A stretch of DNA of 64,000 nt from positions 160,001-224,000 of the forward strand of contig CBDIIB010000003.1 of assembly GCA_965279525.1 (NCBI GenBank). The letters are read 5' to 3'. The translations under genes were made by a program, and so were the position numbers. The notes under the pieces are model-generated. The model had not been told where the DNA came from. It worked only from the letters and a program-made list of their open reading frames with translations, and ran no database searches. This DNA is from Tagaea sp. (GTDB lineage Bacteria; Pseudomonadota; Alphaproteobacteria; CACIAM-22H2). Below are positions 48,032 to 56,822 of this stretch, in pieces; within the stretch, counting starts at the first letter, position 1; each line of letters starts with the position of its first letter.

Positions 48032-48642
48032 AGCGGCGGTCGATCCTTTCGTTTCTCCTGCTGACGCTTCCGCTTGCGCGCGCGGCGGCGCAGGGGCCAA
48101 GCCAGACATTGGCGGACGGGCAGATCCTGCGCGGGCGCTTCCGGCAGGAGCGGCGCCTTGCGGGTTTCAGCGCACCGCTGCGCTCCGAAGGTCGGTTCGT
48201 ACTGGTCGCCGGCCGGGGTCTGATCTGGAATCCGCAAAAACCTTTCGCGATGACGACGGTGATCACGCCCGCCGGGCTGCTTCAGGAGATGGGCGGGGCA
48301 GAGATCGCGCGCTTGCCCGCCGCGCGCCTGCCGTTCCTTGCACGCCTCTATGACATGCTCGGCGGTGCCATGGCCGGTGATTGGCGTGCCCTTGAACGGG
48401 AGTTCTCCGTCCGTCGCACCGGCACCGATGATGCCTGGTCGGTATCGCTGACGCCCGTCAGGGCCGACGATCCGGCCATGCCGTTCCGCCATATCGCCGT
48501 CGAAGGAAGCCGCTTCGTCGACAAGGTCACGATGGAGAAGCCCGAGGGTGACAGCGACGCGCTGGAATTTTTCGAACAGGCGCTTTCTCCGGGGCCGGCA
48601 ACTGCCGAGGAGGCGGCGGCCTTGTCGATGCTAAAGCCGTGA
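48028..48642 (+). CDS. apeL: LolA-like lipid carrier protein
   Basis: signal peptide; GRFRQER..G...PLRSEGRF, GLIW. Confidence 0.85.
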   Translation: MKRRSILSFLLLTLPLARAAAQGPSQTLADGQILRGRFRQERRLAGFSAPLRSEGRFVLVAGRGLIWNPQKPFAMTTVITPAGLLQEMGGAEIARLPAARLPFLARLYDMLGGAMAGDWRALEREFSVRRTGTDDAWSVSLTPVRADDPAMPFRHIAVEGSRFVDKVTMEKPEGDSDALEFFEQALSPGPATAEEAAALSMLKP

Positions 48643-50957
48643 GCCGACACCTGGCGCTGCTCTGGTTAGCCATCGTCTTGCTGGCCGGCACATATCTGGC
48701 GGTGCGATTGCACGAAGGGTTGGCGTTCCGTACCGACCTGTTGGCCCTGCTTCCGCGCGAAGAGCGCGACCCGGTCCTGCAGCGCGCCAACGATGCCGTG
48801 ACCCGTTCGCTGTCGCAGCGTGTCGTACTTCTTGTCGGCCATCCCGACCGGATTCAGGCGCATGCTGTTGCGCGCAAACTCGTCGGATCGCTCTCCGGGC
48901 ATGTCGATATCGTCACTACGGGTTTCGACAAGTCCGGTCTGCAGGATCTCGGCGGACTCTATTTTCCCTATCGCCGCGGGTTGCTGAGTACCGGTGACCG
49001 CGCACTGCTGCTCGACGACAAGGGTGCCGTACTTGCCGACCGGGCTCTGGCCCAAGCTTTCGGCTTTTTCGGCATGAGTGACGCGCGCCTGCTCCGGCAG
49101 GATCCCTTCCTGCTGTTGCAGGCATTCTTCGGCGACCTGCCATTGCCGCTATCGCGCCTCGAGCCGGACGACGGCCTGCTTTCGGTCCGGGAGAAAGATG
49201 CGACATGGGTCTTGGTTGCCGGACAGCTGCGCGGCGAGCCGTTCGCTCTCGCCGTTCAGGAAGCACTCTCGGCGACACTGGATCCCGCCATTGCGGCGTT
49301 GCATGCGGCGCATCCAGGGACGGACGTCCTTCGTCTGGGCGCCGTGTTCTACGCGCAGGCCGGTGCCGCGCAGGCCATGGACGAATCGTCGGCGATCGGG
49401 CTCGCTTCGATCGCCGGCATCATCCTGCTCGTGCTTGTCGTCTTTCGGGCGCTGTCGGCCGTCTGGTACAGCCTGATCGTGATCGGCGTGGGTGTGCTGA
49501 CGGCCTTGTCGGCCTGTCTCTGGCTGTTCGGCGAACTGCATGTCGGCGCATTGCTGTTCGGCGTCAGCCTGATCGGCGTTTCGGTCGACTATTGCCTTCA
49601 GTACTGCACCGAGATCTTCGCGGCCGATCCGGCGGACCCGCAGCGCCGCCTGCGACGCGTTGTCACGGGAATTACCTTGGGCATGACGATGACCGTCATC
49701 GGCTACCTGACGCTGTTCCTCGCGCCGTTTCCGGGCCTGCACCAGATCGCTGCCTTTTCCGCAATCGGGTTGCTGGCCGCATGGACGACGGTCGTTTTAT
49801 GGCTGCCGCTTTTCGATCGCGCGACGCCACCCCGTCACGGCAAACGGATGCTTGCGGCGGCAGGATGGTATCTCGGTCTCTGGGAGAACGAGGCATATCG
49901 CCGTGTACGGCAGTTGCTGCTGGCGGGAGCCTTTGTGGCTGGTTGTGCCGGCCTGTTGCATCTGCACGCGGATGACGACGTACGTCGGATGCAGTCCTTG
50001 AATCCCGAATTGGCAAAGCAGCAAGATCGCATCCAGACACTGATCGGATCTGCCGGTGCGAACCAGTTCGTCCTCGTACAGGCGGTCAGCGACGAGGCGG
50101 CGCTGCGGATCGAAGAGGAACTTGTCGAGCGACTGCGCCCGCTGGTCACGCAGGGCGCGCTATCGGGCTTCCAGGCGCCGGCCCAGTATGTGCCGTCGGC
50201 CGAGCGCCAGCGGCAGAACCGCGGACTTCTGCGCGAACGACTCGATCCATTGCTCGAAGCGCAGATGACCGGTCTGGGGCTCGTGCAGGCTCCGGAGCGG
50301 CCCGACGATTCCGCTCCGTTCTTGACGCTGGCAGACGCGATTGCCGCAGGTCCTGCGAAGGCCCTGTTGAGCGCGCTGTTGCTGGATGGCCCGCCCGGCG
50401 AGACGACGCATGTCGTACTGCTGTGGACTCCTTCGCGTCTGGACACGATCCGCGCGGCAATCCGCGACCTTCCGGGCGTACGGCTTGTCGATCCTGCCGG
50501 CGACTTCAGCGCGCTGCTCGGCAAATATCGCGAGCGCGCACTCCTGCTGCTGGCCCTGTCAGCAGCGCTCATGGTGCCGATTCTGTTGTGGCGCTACGGG
50601 CCGAAAGGCGCACTCCGAGTGATGTCGGCGCCGGTGCTGGCCGTGCTGCTGGCGCCTGCCCTCCGCGCCCTGGCGGGAGCCGGGTTCACCTTCTTCGACG
50701 CGATGGCCCTGGTCCTCGTCCTGTCGATCGGTATCGACTATGCAGTGTTTTGTGCCGAGACCAGCGCCGACCGGAAACCTGTCACGATGCTGGCAGTCGC
50801 CTTGGCGGCGTGCACGACGCTGATGTCCTTCGGCATGCTGGCCTTGAGCGGCGTTGCAGCCGTGCAGGCGTTTGGGGCGACGTTGTTCATCGGCATCCTG
50901 CTTGCCTTCCTGCTGGCACCGCTCGGGCGTTCCGCACGGGAGGCGACGGCACGATGA
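48639..50957 (+). CDS. apeM: MMPL/RND-type exporter
   Basis: TDLLALLP, LIGVSVDY, SIGIDYAVF; two membrane repeats. Confidence 0.9.
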   Translation: MSRHLALLWLAIVLLAGTYLAVRLHEGLAFRTDLLALLPREERDPVLQRANDAVTRSLSQRVVLLVGHPDRIQAHAVARKLVGSLSGHVDIVTTGFDKSGLQDLGGLYFPYRRGLLSTGDRALLLDDKGAVLADRALAQAFGFFGMSDARLLRQDPFLLLQAFFGDLPLPLSRLEPDDGLLSVREKDATWVLVAGQLRGEPFALAVQEALSATLDPAIAALHAAHPGTDVLRLGAVFYAQAGAAQAMDESSAIGLASIAGIILLVLVVFRALSAVWYSLIVIGVGVLTALSACLWLFGELHVGALLFGVSLIGVSVDYCLQYCTEIFAADPADPQRRLRRVVTGITLGMTMTVIGYLTLFLAPFPGLHQIAAFSAIGLLAAWTTVVLWLPLFDRATPPRHGKRMLAAAGWYLGLWENEAYRRVRQLLLAGAFVAGCAGLLHLHADDDVRRMQSLNPELAKQQDRIQTLIGSAGANQFVLVQAVSDEAALRIEEELVERLRPLVTQGALSGFQAPAQYVPSAERQRQNRGLLRERLDPLLEAQMTGLGLVQAPERPDDSAPFLTLADAIAAGPAKALLSALLLDGPPGETTHVVLLWTPSRLDTIRAAIRDLPGVRLVDPAGDFSALLGKYRERALLLLALSAALMVPILLWRYGPKGALRVMSAPVLAVLLAPALRALAGAGFTFFDAMALVLVLSIGIDYAVFCAETSADRKPVTMLAVALAACTTLMSFGMLALSGVAAVQAFGATLFIGILLAFLLAPLGRSAREATAR

Positions 50958-51547
50958 GCGCCACTCGCAACCGATTGCGCACGATCGCGGCCCTCGTGAT
51001 GCTGGCTTGCCTCGCCGGATGCACGACCGCGCCGGCCGAGCAGTCACCGGGCACGGTACGGATCGGTCCGGAGATGTATCTTTCGCTACCTCGACCGGAC
51101 GAATTGGGGCGCGAATTGGAAGCGGCACAACTGGTTGCGGCACGTTATGGCGAACAGACTTTCCTGTTCGAGTGCCGCCTCAGCGCGACGGCCGGGCGCT
51201 TTTCCTTTGTCGGGCTCGACATGCTGGGGCGCCGAGCCATGTCCGTTGTCTGGACGGATTCCGGCGTGACGGCCGAAAAGGCGGCATGGGTACCCCAGGC
51301 GCTGAGCCCCGAGCGGATCCTTGCCGACATGGTGCTGCTCTACTGGCCGGACGCTGCGGTTCAACGCTCCCTTCGCGGTGCCGAGCTGCGAAGTACGGCA
51401 GACGGCCGCTTGCTCCTGTCGCAAGGCAAGGAAGCGATCCGCATGCAGTATCGGCCGCTCGGCGCGGACCGCTGGACGGGACAGCTCACATTGCAGAATA
51501 TTGCGTGGGGGTATGAACTGGAAATCCAATCGACGGTATTGCAATGA
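50954..51547 (+). CDS. apeN: DUF3261-type lipoprotein
   Basis: lipobox LAGC; ILADMVLLYWP. Confidence 0.85.
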   Translation: MSATRNRLRTIAALVMLACLAGCTTAPAEQSPGTVRIGPEMYLSLPRPDELGRELEAAQLVAARYGEQTFLFECRLSATAGRFSFVGLDMLGRRAMSVVWTDSGVTAEKAAWVPQALSPERILADMVLLYWPDAAVQRSLRGAELRSTADGRLLLSQGKEAIRMQYRPLGADRWTGQLTLQNIAWGYELEIQSTVLQ

Positions 51548-52725
51548 CACTGTCTGTCATCGACTGCGGGGTTGTCACGCCGCTGGGGCGAGGTTGCGCG
51601 GAGAACGCGAGCGCCCTCGCCGAAGGCCGTCGAGCCTTGACGTATCGCGACGATCTGTTGTCCGGCCGGTCCGTGGCGGTCGGTGCCGTTGTCGGCGAGC
51701 TGCCACCGCTGCCTGACGCACTGGCCAATCTCGACTGTCGCAACAATCGCCTGATGCGTGTGGCGCTGGACGAGATCGCGGAGAGCGTGCGACGTGCCGC
51801 CGCACGCTTCGGTCGCGAGCGCGTGGCTGTCGTGCTGGGCACGAGTACGTCTGGCATGGCCGAAGGCGAGTCGGCGCTCGGGCATCTGCATGCGACGGGA
51901 AGCTGGCCGGCAGACTACCGCTACAGCCGTCAGGAAATCGGCAACTTGAGCGAATTCGCCGTGCGCTATCTCGATCTCGCCGGGCCGGCCTATACCGTCG
52001 CTGCGGCCTGCGCATCGAGCGCCAAGGTCTTCGCGTCGGCGCGCCGCCTGATCCGAGCAGGAGTCGCCGATGCGGCGGTGGTGGGTGGCGCCGATACGCT
52101 CTGCCGGATGACGCTGAACGGCTTCGGTTCGCTGGAGGCGCTGTCAGCGGGATTCTGCGCGCCCTTTGCTGCCGGGCGGGACGGCATCAATATCGGCGAG
52201 GGGGCGTCGGCTTTCCTGCTGTCGCGCGAAGCCGGCCCAGTCCGGTTTCTAGGGATCGGCGAGACTTCGGATGCGCATCATGTCACGGCACCGGCACCCG
52301 ACGGGAACGGCGCCATGCGCGCGATGCGCCTTGCACTCGACGATGCGGGGCTGCAGCCGTCCGAGATCAGCTATGTGAATCTTCACGGCACCGCGACTCT
52401 CCTGAACGATGCGATGGAAAGCGCTGCAGTCGCTGCTCTGTTCGGCAACCGTGTTCCATGCAGTTCTACCAAGGCGATGACCGGCCACATGCTGGGGGCC
52501 ACCGGGGGCTGCGAAGCGGCGTTCCTCTGGCTCGCGCTGAATCCGGCATTCCGTACGGGATATCTGCCGCCGCATGTCTGGAACGGCGTGCGCGATCCGG
52601 CGTTGCCGCCACTGGATTTCGTGGCGCCGGGAACCTGTTTGCGCGCCGACGGGCGTCAGTCGATGCTGAGCAATTCCTTCGGTTTCGGCGGCAGCAATGT
52701 CAGCCTGATCTTCGGTGACACATGA
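51544..52725 (+). CDS. apeO: beta-ketoacyl-ACP synthase
   Basis: GTSTSG, AACASSAK, NLHGTAT, TGHMLG, SNSFGFGGSN. Confidence 0.92.
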   Translation: MTLSVIDCGVVTPLGRGCAENASALAEGRRALTYRDDLLSGRSVAVGAVVGELPPLPDALANLDCRNNRLMRVALDEIAESVRRAAARFGRERVAVVLGTSTSGMAEGESALGHLHATGSWPADYRYSRQEIGNLSEFAVRYLDLAGPAYTVAAACASSAKVFASARRLIRAGVADAAVVGGADTLCRMTLNGFGSLEALSAGFCAPFAAGRDGINIGEGASAFLLSREAGPVRFLGIGETSDAHHVTAPAPDGNGAMRAMRLALDDAGLQPSEISYVNLHGTATLLNDAMESAAVAALFGNRVPCSSTKAMTGHMLGATGGCEAAFLWLALNPAFRTGYLPPHVWNGVRDPALPPLDFVAPGTCLRADGRQSMLSNSFGFGGSNVSLIFGDT

Positions 52726-53186
52726 GCACACCGTTCCGCTACAGCGTCGAGGAGCTACTGCCGCACGAGCCGCCCATGGTATTGCTCGACGAATTGCTGG
52801 ACTGGACCGACACAGGCGCCCGCACAGCCGTCATGATCCGCGACGATAGTCCGTTCGCGGTGGCCGGGTTCGGTGTGCCCGCGCATGTCGGCATCGAATT
52901 GATGGCACAGACCTGCGGAGTTTTCGCCGGACTGGAGGCCAAGCAGGCGGGCGAGCCAGTCAAGCTTGGATTCCTGCTCGGCAGTCGCCGCTATTCGGCC
53001 GAGCGTGATCGGTTCCAGGCGGGTGAACGGCTGGAGATCCAAGTAACGTCGGTCTTCCAAGAAGGGCCGATGGCGGTCTTCGACTGCCGCATCGAAAGCG
53101 ACGGAAGGGTCGTCGCAGCTGCGCAACTGACGCTGTATCGACCGGACGATCCGGCGGCAGTTCTGTCCGCTCAGGCAATGGGGTAG
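52722..53186 (+). CDS. apeP: hotdog-fold dehydratase partner
   Basis: LLPHEPPMVLLD, ELMAQ, GFLLGSR. Confidence 0.9.
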   Translation: MSTPFRYSVEELLPHEPPMVLLDELLDWTDTGARTAVMIRDDSPFAVAGFGVPAHVGIELMAQTCGVFAGLEAKQAGEPVKLGFLLGSRRYSAERDRFQAGERLEIQVTSVFQEGPMAVFDCRIESDGRVVAAAQLTLYRPDDPAAVLSAQAMG

Positions 53187-53189
53187 GGA

Positions 53190-53903
53190 ATGAAGCGCAC
53201 GATCTTGGTGACAGGTGCGAGCAAGGGAATCGGGCGTGCGATCGCGCTGCGATTGGCGCGCGACGGGTTTCGCATCGTTGTCCACTATGGGCGCGACCTC
53301 GACGGTGCCGAATCGGTGCTGTCGGAAATCGGCGATGGCCGGACGATAAACTTCGACATCTCGGATCGCGTCGCATGCCGTACCGCTCTCGAGGCCGATA
53401 TCGCCGAACATGGTCCTTACTACGGCGTCGTGCTGAATGCCGGGATTGCCCGCGACAACGCTTTTCCCGCCATGGAGGATTCCGACTGGGACGACGTGCT
53501 CGGCACCAATCTCGACGGCTTCTACAACGTGCTGCGGCCACTCGTCATGCCCATGGTGACAATGCGCGACGGCGGTCGCATCGTCACGCTGTCGTCAGTT
53601 TCCGGGATCGCAGGAAATCGGGGGCAGGTCAACTACAGTGCTGCCAAGGCCGGCATCATCGGTGCGACGAAGGCGCTGGCGATCGAACTCGCCAAGCGTG
53701 CCATTACGGTCAATTGTGTGGCACCGGGCATCATCGAGACGCAAATGACCGAAAATCTCCCGATGGACGAGGTCGCGAAACTCGTTCCGCTACGACGTTC
53801 CGGCCGACCCGAAGAGGTTGCCGGACTCGTGGCATTCCTGTGTTCCGACGAGGCATCCTACATCACCCGGCAGGTGATTTCGGTGAACGGGGGTCTCGTC
53901 TGA
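53190..53903 (+). CDS. apeQ: 3-oxoacyl-ACP reductase (FabG-like)
   Basis: TGASKGIG, NRGQVNYSAAK, RQVISVNGG. Confidence 0.94.
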   Translation: MKRTILVTGASKGIGRAIALRLARDGFRIVVHYGRDLDGAESVLSEIGDGRTINFDISDRVACRTALEADIAEHGPYYGVVLNAGIARDNAFPAMEDSDWDDVLGTNLDGFYNVLRPLVMPMVTMRDGGRIVTLSSVSGIAGNRGQVNYSAAKAGIIGATKALAIELAKRAITVNCVAPGIIETQMTENLPMDEVAKLVPLRRSGRPEEVAGLVAFLCSDEASYITRQVISVNGGLV

Positions 53904-55129
53904 TGCAGCGCCGTGTCGTCGTTACAGGCATGGGTGGCGTGACGGCCTTGGGCCATGACTGGCCGAGCATTCGTACCGCGTTCGCACAGGGGCGCACGGG
54001 TGTGCGCTTCATGGACGAATGGGAGCGCTTCTCCGGCATCGATACGCGCATGGCGGCACCCGTGCTCGATTTCGCGATCGACAACCGCTATCCGCGCAAG
54101 AAGACGCGCACGATGGGTCGCGTCGCGCAGTTCGCCGTCTATGCGAGCGAACTCGCGCTGGCCGACGCAGGCCTGATCGACGATCCGGTCCTGCTGAAAG
54201 GGCGGACGGGGGCGGCCTATGGTTCGTCGTTCGGCAGTCCCGATGCCGTCCTCGGCTTCTACGAACTGAAGAAAGAAGGGGCGTCGCGGAATCTCAACGC
54301 CACGAGCTATATCCAGATGATGGGCCACACGACGGTGGTGAATATCGGCCTGTTTTTCGGCATCACAGGGCGCATCATCCCGACATCGAGTGCTTGCACC
54401 TCCGGCAGCCAGGGAATCGGTTACGCTTACGAGTCGATCCGGTGGGGACGTGCCGACGTGATGGTCGCCGGCGGCGCCGAAGAACTCGATATCACGGACT
54501 CCGCCGTTTTCGACACGCTCTACGCCACGAGCACGCGCAACGACCGTCCGAATGAAACACCCCGACCCTATGACAAGGATCGCGACGGACTGGTGATCGG
54601 CGAGGGTGCTGCCACACTGATCCTTGAGGAGTACGAGCACGCCCGCGCGCGCGGTGCGCGGATTTATGCCGAGATCGTCGGCTTCGGATGCAACTCGGAC
54701 GGCAGCCATGTGACCCAGCCGCAGGCCGAAACCATGGCTGGGGCGCTTCGGTTGTCGTTGCAGGATGCAGGATTGTCGCCCGATGCGATCGGCTTCGTTT
54801 CAGGCCATGGAACCGCGACCGAATGGGGCGATCTTGCCGAAACCAAGGCGACGAACGAAGTTCTGGGCGCCAAAGTGCCGATTCATTCACTGAAAGGGCA
54901 TTTCGGTCACAGCCTTGGTGCCTGCGGTGCGATCGAGGCGTGGTTGGGGATCGAGATGATGCGCGAAGGCTGGTTCTGCCCGACGGCCAACCTTGTCGCT
55001 GTCGACGAGCGGTGTGCGCCTCTCGATTATGTGATGGCGAGCCCGCGACAACTGCAGCCGGAATACCTGATGAGCAACAATTTCGCGTTCGGTGGAATCA
55101 ACACGTCGCTTATTTTCAGGCGCATCTGA
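53903..55129 (+). CDS. apeR: beta-ketoacyl-ACP synthase II
   Basis: RRVVVTGMG, SACTSGSQ, HGTAT, GHSLGACG, SNNFAFGGIN. Confidence 0.94.
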   Translation: MQRRVVVTGMGGVTALGHDWPSIRTAFAQGRTGVRFMDEWERFSGIDTRMAAPVLDFAIDNRYPRKKTRTMGRVAQFAVYASELALADAGLIDDPVLLKGRTGAAYGSSFGSPDAVLGFYELKKEGASRNLNATSYIQMMGHTTVVNIGLFFGITGRIIPTSSACTSGSQGIGYAYESIRWGRADVMVAGGAEELDITDSAVFDTLYATSTRNDRPNETPRPYDKDRDGLVIGEGAATLILEEYEHARARGARIYAEIVGFGCNSDGSHVTQPQAETMAGALRLSLQDAGLSPDAIGFVSGHGTATEWGDLAETKATNEVLGAKVPIHSLKGHFGHSLGACGAIEAWLGIEMMREGWFCPTANLVAVDERCAPLDYVMASPRQLQPEYLMSNNFAFGGINTSLIFRRI

Positions 55130-55182
55130 AGGCAGGACTTATCGGGGCTTTCCATTCAGCACGTTCACCAGTTCTGCTGATT

Positions 55183-55280
55183 TGGCCTGCCCCGGGTTCC
55201 GTGGACACCGAGATTGGATGTCACACTGGAGCCGGAGGACGTCCATGGGACAGAGTAGGGCCTTCAGTCGGGTCATTTGG
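55183..55280 (+). mobile_element. IS3-family left end with truncated orfA start
   Basis: TGGCCTGCCCCGGGTTCCGTGGACAC terminal repeat, RBS GGAGG, then MGQSRAFSR (cf. OrfA M..RRxFSREFK). Confidence 0.65.
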
Positions 55281-55315
55281 GGCGCGAATGACGGAAACAG
55301 TTCGAGAGCTGAACT

Positions 55316-55370
55316 TGCTTGACAGCGCTTAGCCAGAGGGTCGTAGGCTCGAGCCCTACAGCAACCGCCA
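55316..55370 (+). mobile_element. degenerate tRNA 3' fragment (tRNA-Lys(CTT)-like att scar)
   Basis: CGCTTAGCCAGAGGGTC, T-arm GTAGG-CTCGAGC-CCTAC, AGCAACC-G-CCA; no 5' half. Confidence 0.6.
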
Positions 55371-55466
55371 GCGGGGTAGTTAGTGCGGATGCCATGATGC
55401 TTGTCAGGCATGCAGGCATTAGACTTATATGCATGATTGCTGGCCCCTCGAATTGACGGAGTACCG

Positions 55467-56336
55467 ATGACCGACATGCAGTTTGTCGCCCCCCGGAATC
55501 TCGAAGAGGCCATCAAGGCATTTTCGGATTCGGCGGGCGCCGCACGGATCCTTGCCGGCGGCACAGATTTGCTCGTGCAAATGCGGGCCGGTGTCGTGCG
55601 GCCCGCGATGATCATCGATATCAAGAAGATCAGCGAGCTGACCGCCATCGAGGAGATGCCGGACGGAAGTTTCGTGGTCGGAGCAGCTGCATCGGGCGCC
55701 GTGCTCGCGGAGCATTCGAAGTTCGGTGCGGTCTGGCCGGGCGTGCTCGAGGCGATCAACCTCATCGGATCCAAGCAAGTGCAAGGCCGCGCGTCGCCGG
55801 GTGGAAATCTCTGCAACGCATCGCCGGCCGGCGACAGTGTTCCAGCACTGGTTGCAGCCGCTGCGATCGTGACCGTGGCCGGTCCGAACGGCCGGCGCCA
55901 GCTGCCCGTCGAAGCGGTGCCGACGGGACCGGGGCGGACGGCGCTGGCGCGCGGCGAGATCGTCGTGAGTTTCCGGTTTCCGCCGCGTCCGGCGGGCTCT
56001 GGTGATGCGTATCTGCGCATGATCCCGAGAACCGAAATGGATATCGCCGTCGTCGGATGCGGCGTCAGCCTGACGCTGCGCGATGGCGTCTGCACGGCAG
56101 CTCGCGTCGGGCTAGGTGCGGTGGCGCCCACGGTCCTGCTGGTCGAAGCTGCAGGAATGGCCCTGATTGGCTCGAAGCTTGACGACGCCGCACTCGAAGC
56201 GGCTGCTGATTCCTGCCGTGCTGTCTGTCGCCCAATCGATGACAAGCGCGGGACCATCGAGTACCGAACCAAGATAACCGGCGTGCTGCTGAAGCGGACC
56301 GTCCGCATTGCTGCCGACCGAGCGAGAGGCATCTGA
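55467..56336 (+). CDS. xanthine dehydrogenase family FAD-binding subunit (CoxM-like)
   Basis: LAGGTDL, GGNLCNASPAGD, PIDDKRG...YR. Confidence 0.93.
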   Translation: MTDMQFVAPRNLEEAIKAFSDSAGAARILAGGTDLLVQMRAGVVRPAMIIDIKKISELTAIEEMPDGSFVVGAAASGAVLAEHSKFGAVWPGVLEAINLIGSKQVQGRASPGGNLCNASPAGDSVPALVAAAAIVTVAGPNGRRQLPVEAVPTGPGRTALARGEIVVSFRFPPRPAGSGDAYLRMIPRTEMDIAVVGCGVSLTLRDGVCTAARVGLGAVAPTVLLVEAAGMALIGSKLDDAALEAAADSCRAVCRPIDDKRGTIEYRTKITGVLLKRTVRIAADRARGI

Positions 56337-56339
56337 ATC

Positions 56340-56822
56340 ATGGCGAAGTTGCAGGTTTCGACCACGATAAATGGGGACTCCGTCGAATTCCTCTGCAGCC
56401 CGGGCGAGACGATGCTCGATGCGCTGCGCGGCCCGCTCGGCATGATGGGCAGCAAGGAAGGCTGCGGTTCGGGAGATTGCGGAGCCTGCAGCATCACGCT
56501 GGACGGCCGGCTCATCTGCTCGTGCCTGATGCTTGCGGCGGAGGCGGAAGGCCGCCAGATCGGCACGATCGAAGGGATGGCGAAGGGTGGGCAGATGCAT
56601 CCCCTGCAGTCGAAGTTCCTCGAGATGGCAGCACTCCAGTGCGGGATCTGCACGCCGGGCGTCTTGATGGCCGCCAAGGCGCTTCTCGAGCGGAACAATG
56701 ATCCGACGGAGGAAGAGGTGCGGTTCTGGCTGGCCGGCAATCTGTGCCGGTGCACCGGATACGACAAGATCGTGCGGGCCGTGCTCGAAACGGCCGCTGA
56801 CATGAGGGGGGCCGCACAGTGA
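56340..56822 (+). CDS. xanthine dehydrogenase family 2Fe-2S subunit (CoxS-like)
   Basis: GCGSGDCGAC, QCGICTPG, GNLCRCTGY. Confidence 0.95.
   Translation: MAKLQVSTTINGDSVEFLCSPGETMLDALRGPLGMMGSKEGCGSGDCGACSITLDGRLICSCLMLAAEAEGRQIGTIEGMAKGGQMHPLQSKFLEMAALQCGICTPGVLMAAKALLERNNDPTEEEVRFWLAGNLCRCTGYDKIVRAVLETAADMRGAAQ

Noticed and set aside
40430-55280. Intact composite IS3 transposon carrying the APE cluster
   Set aside because: The right-hand IS end points away from the cluster and both remnants are badly truncated, so the geometry does not give a paired outer-end unit.
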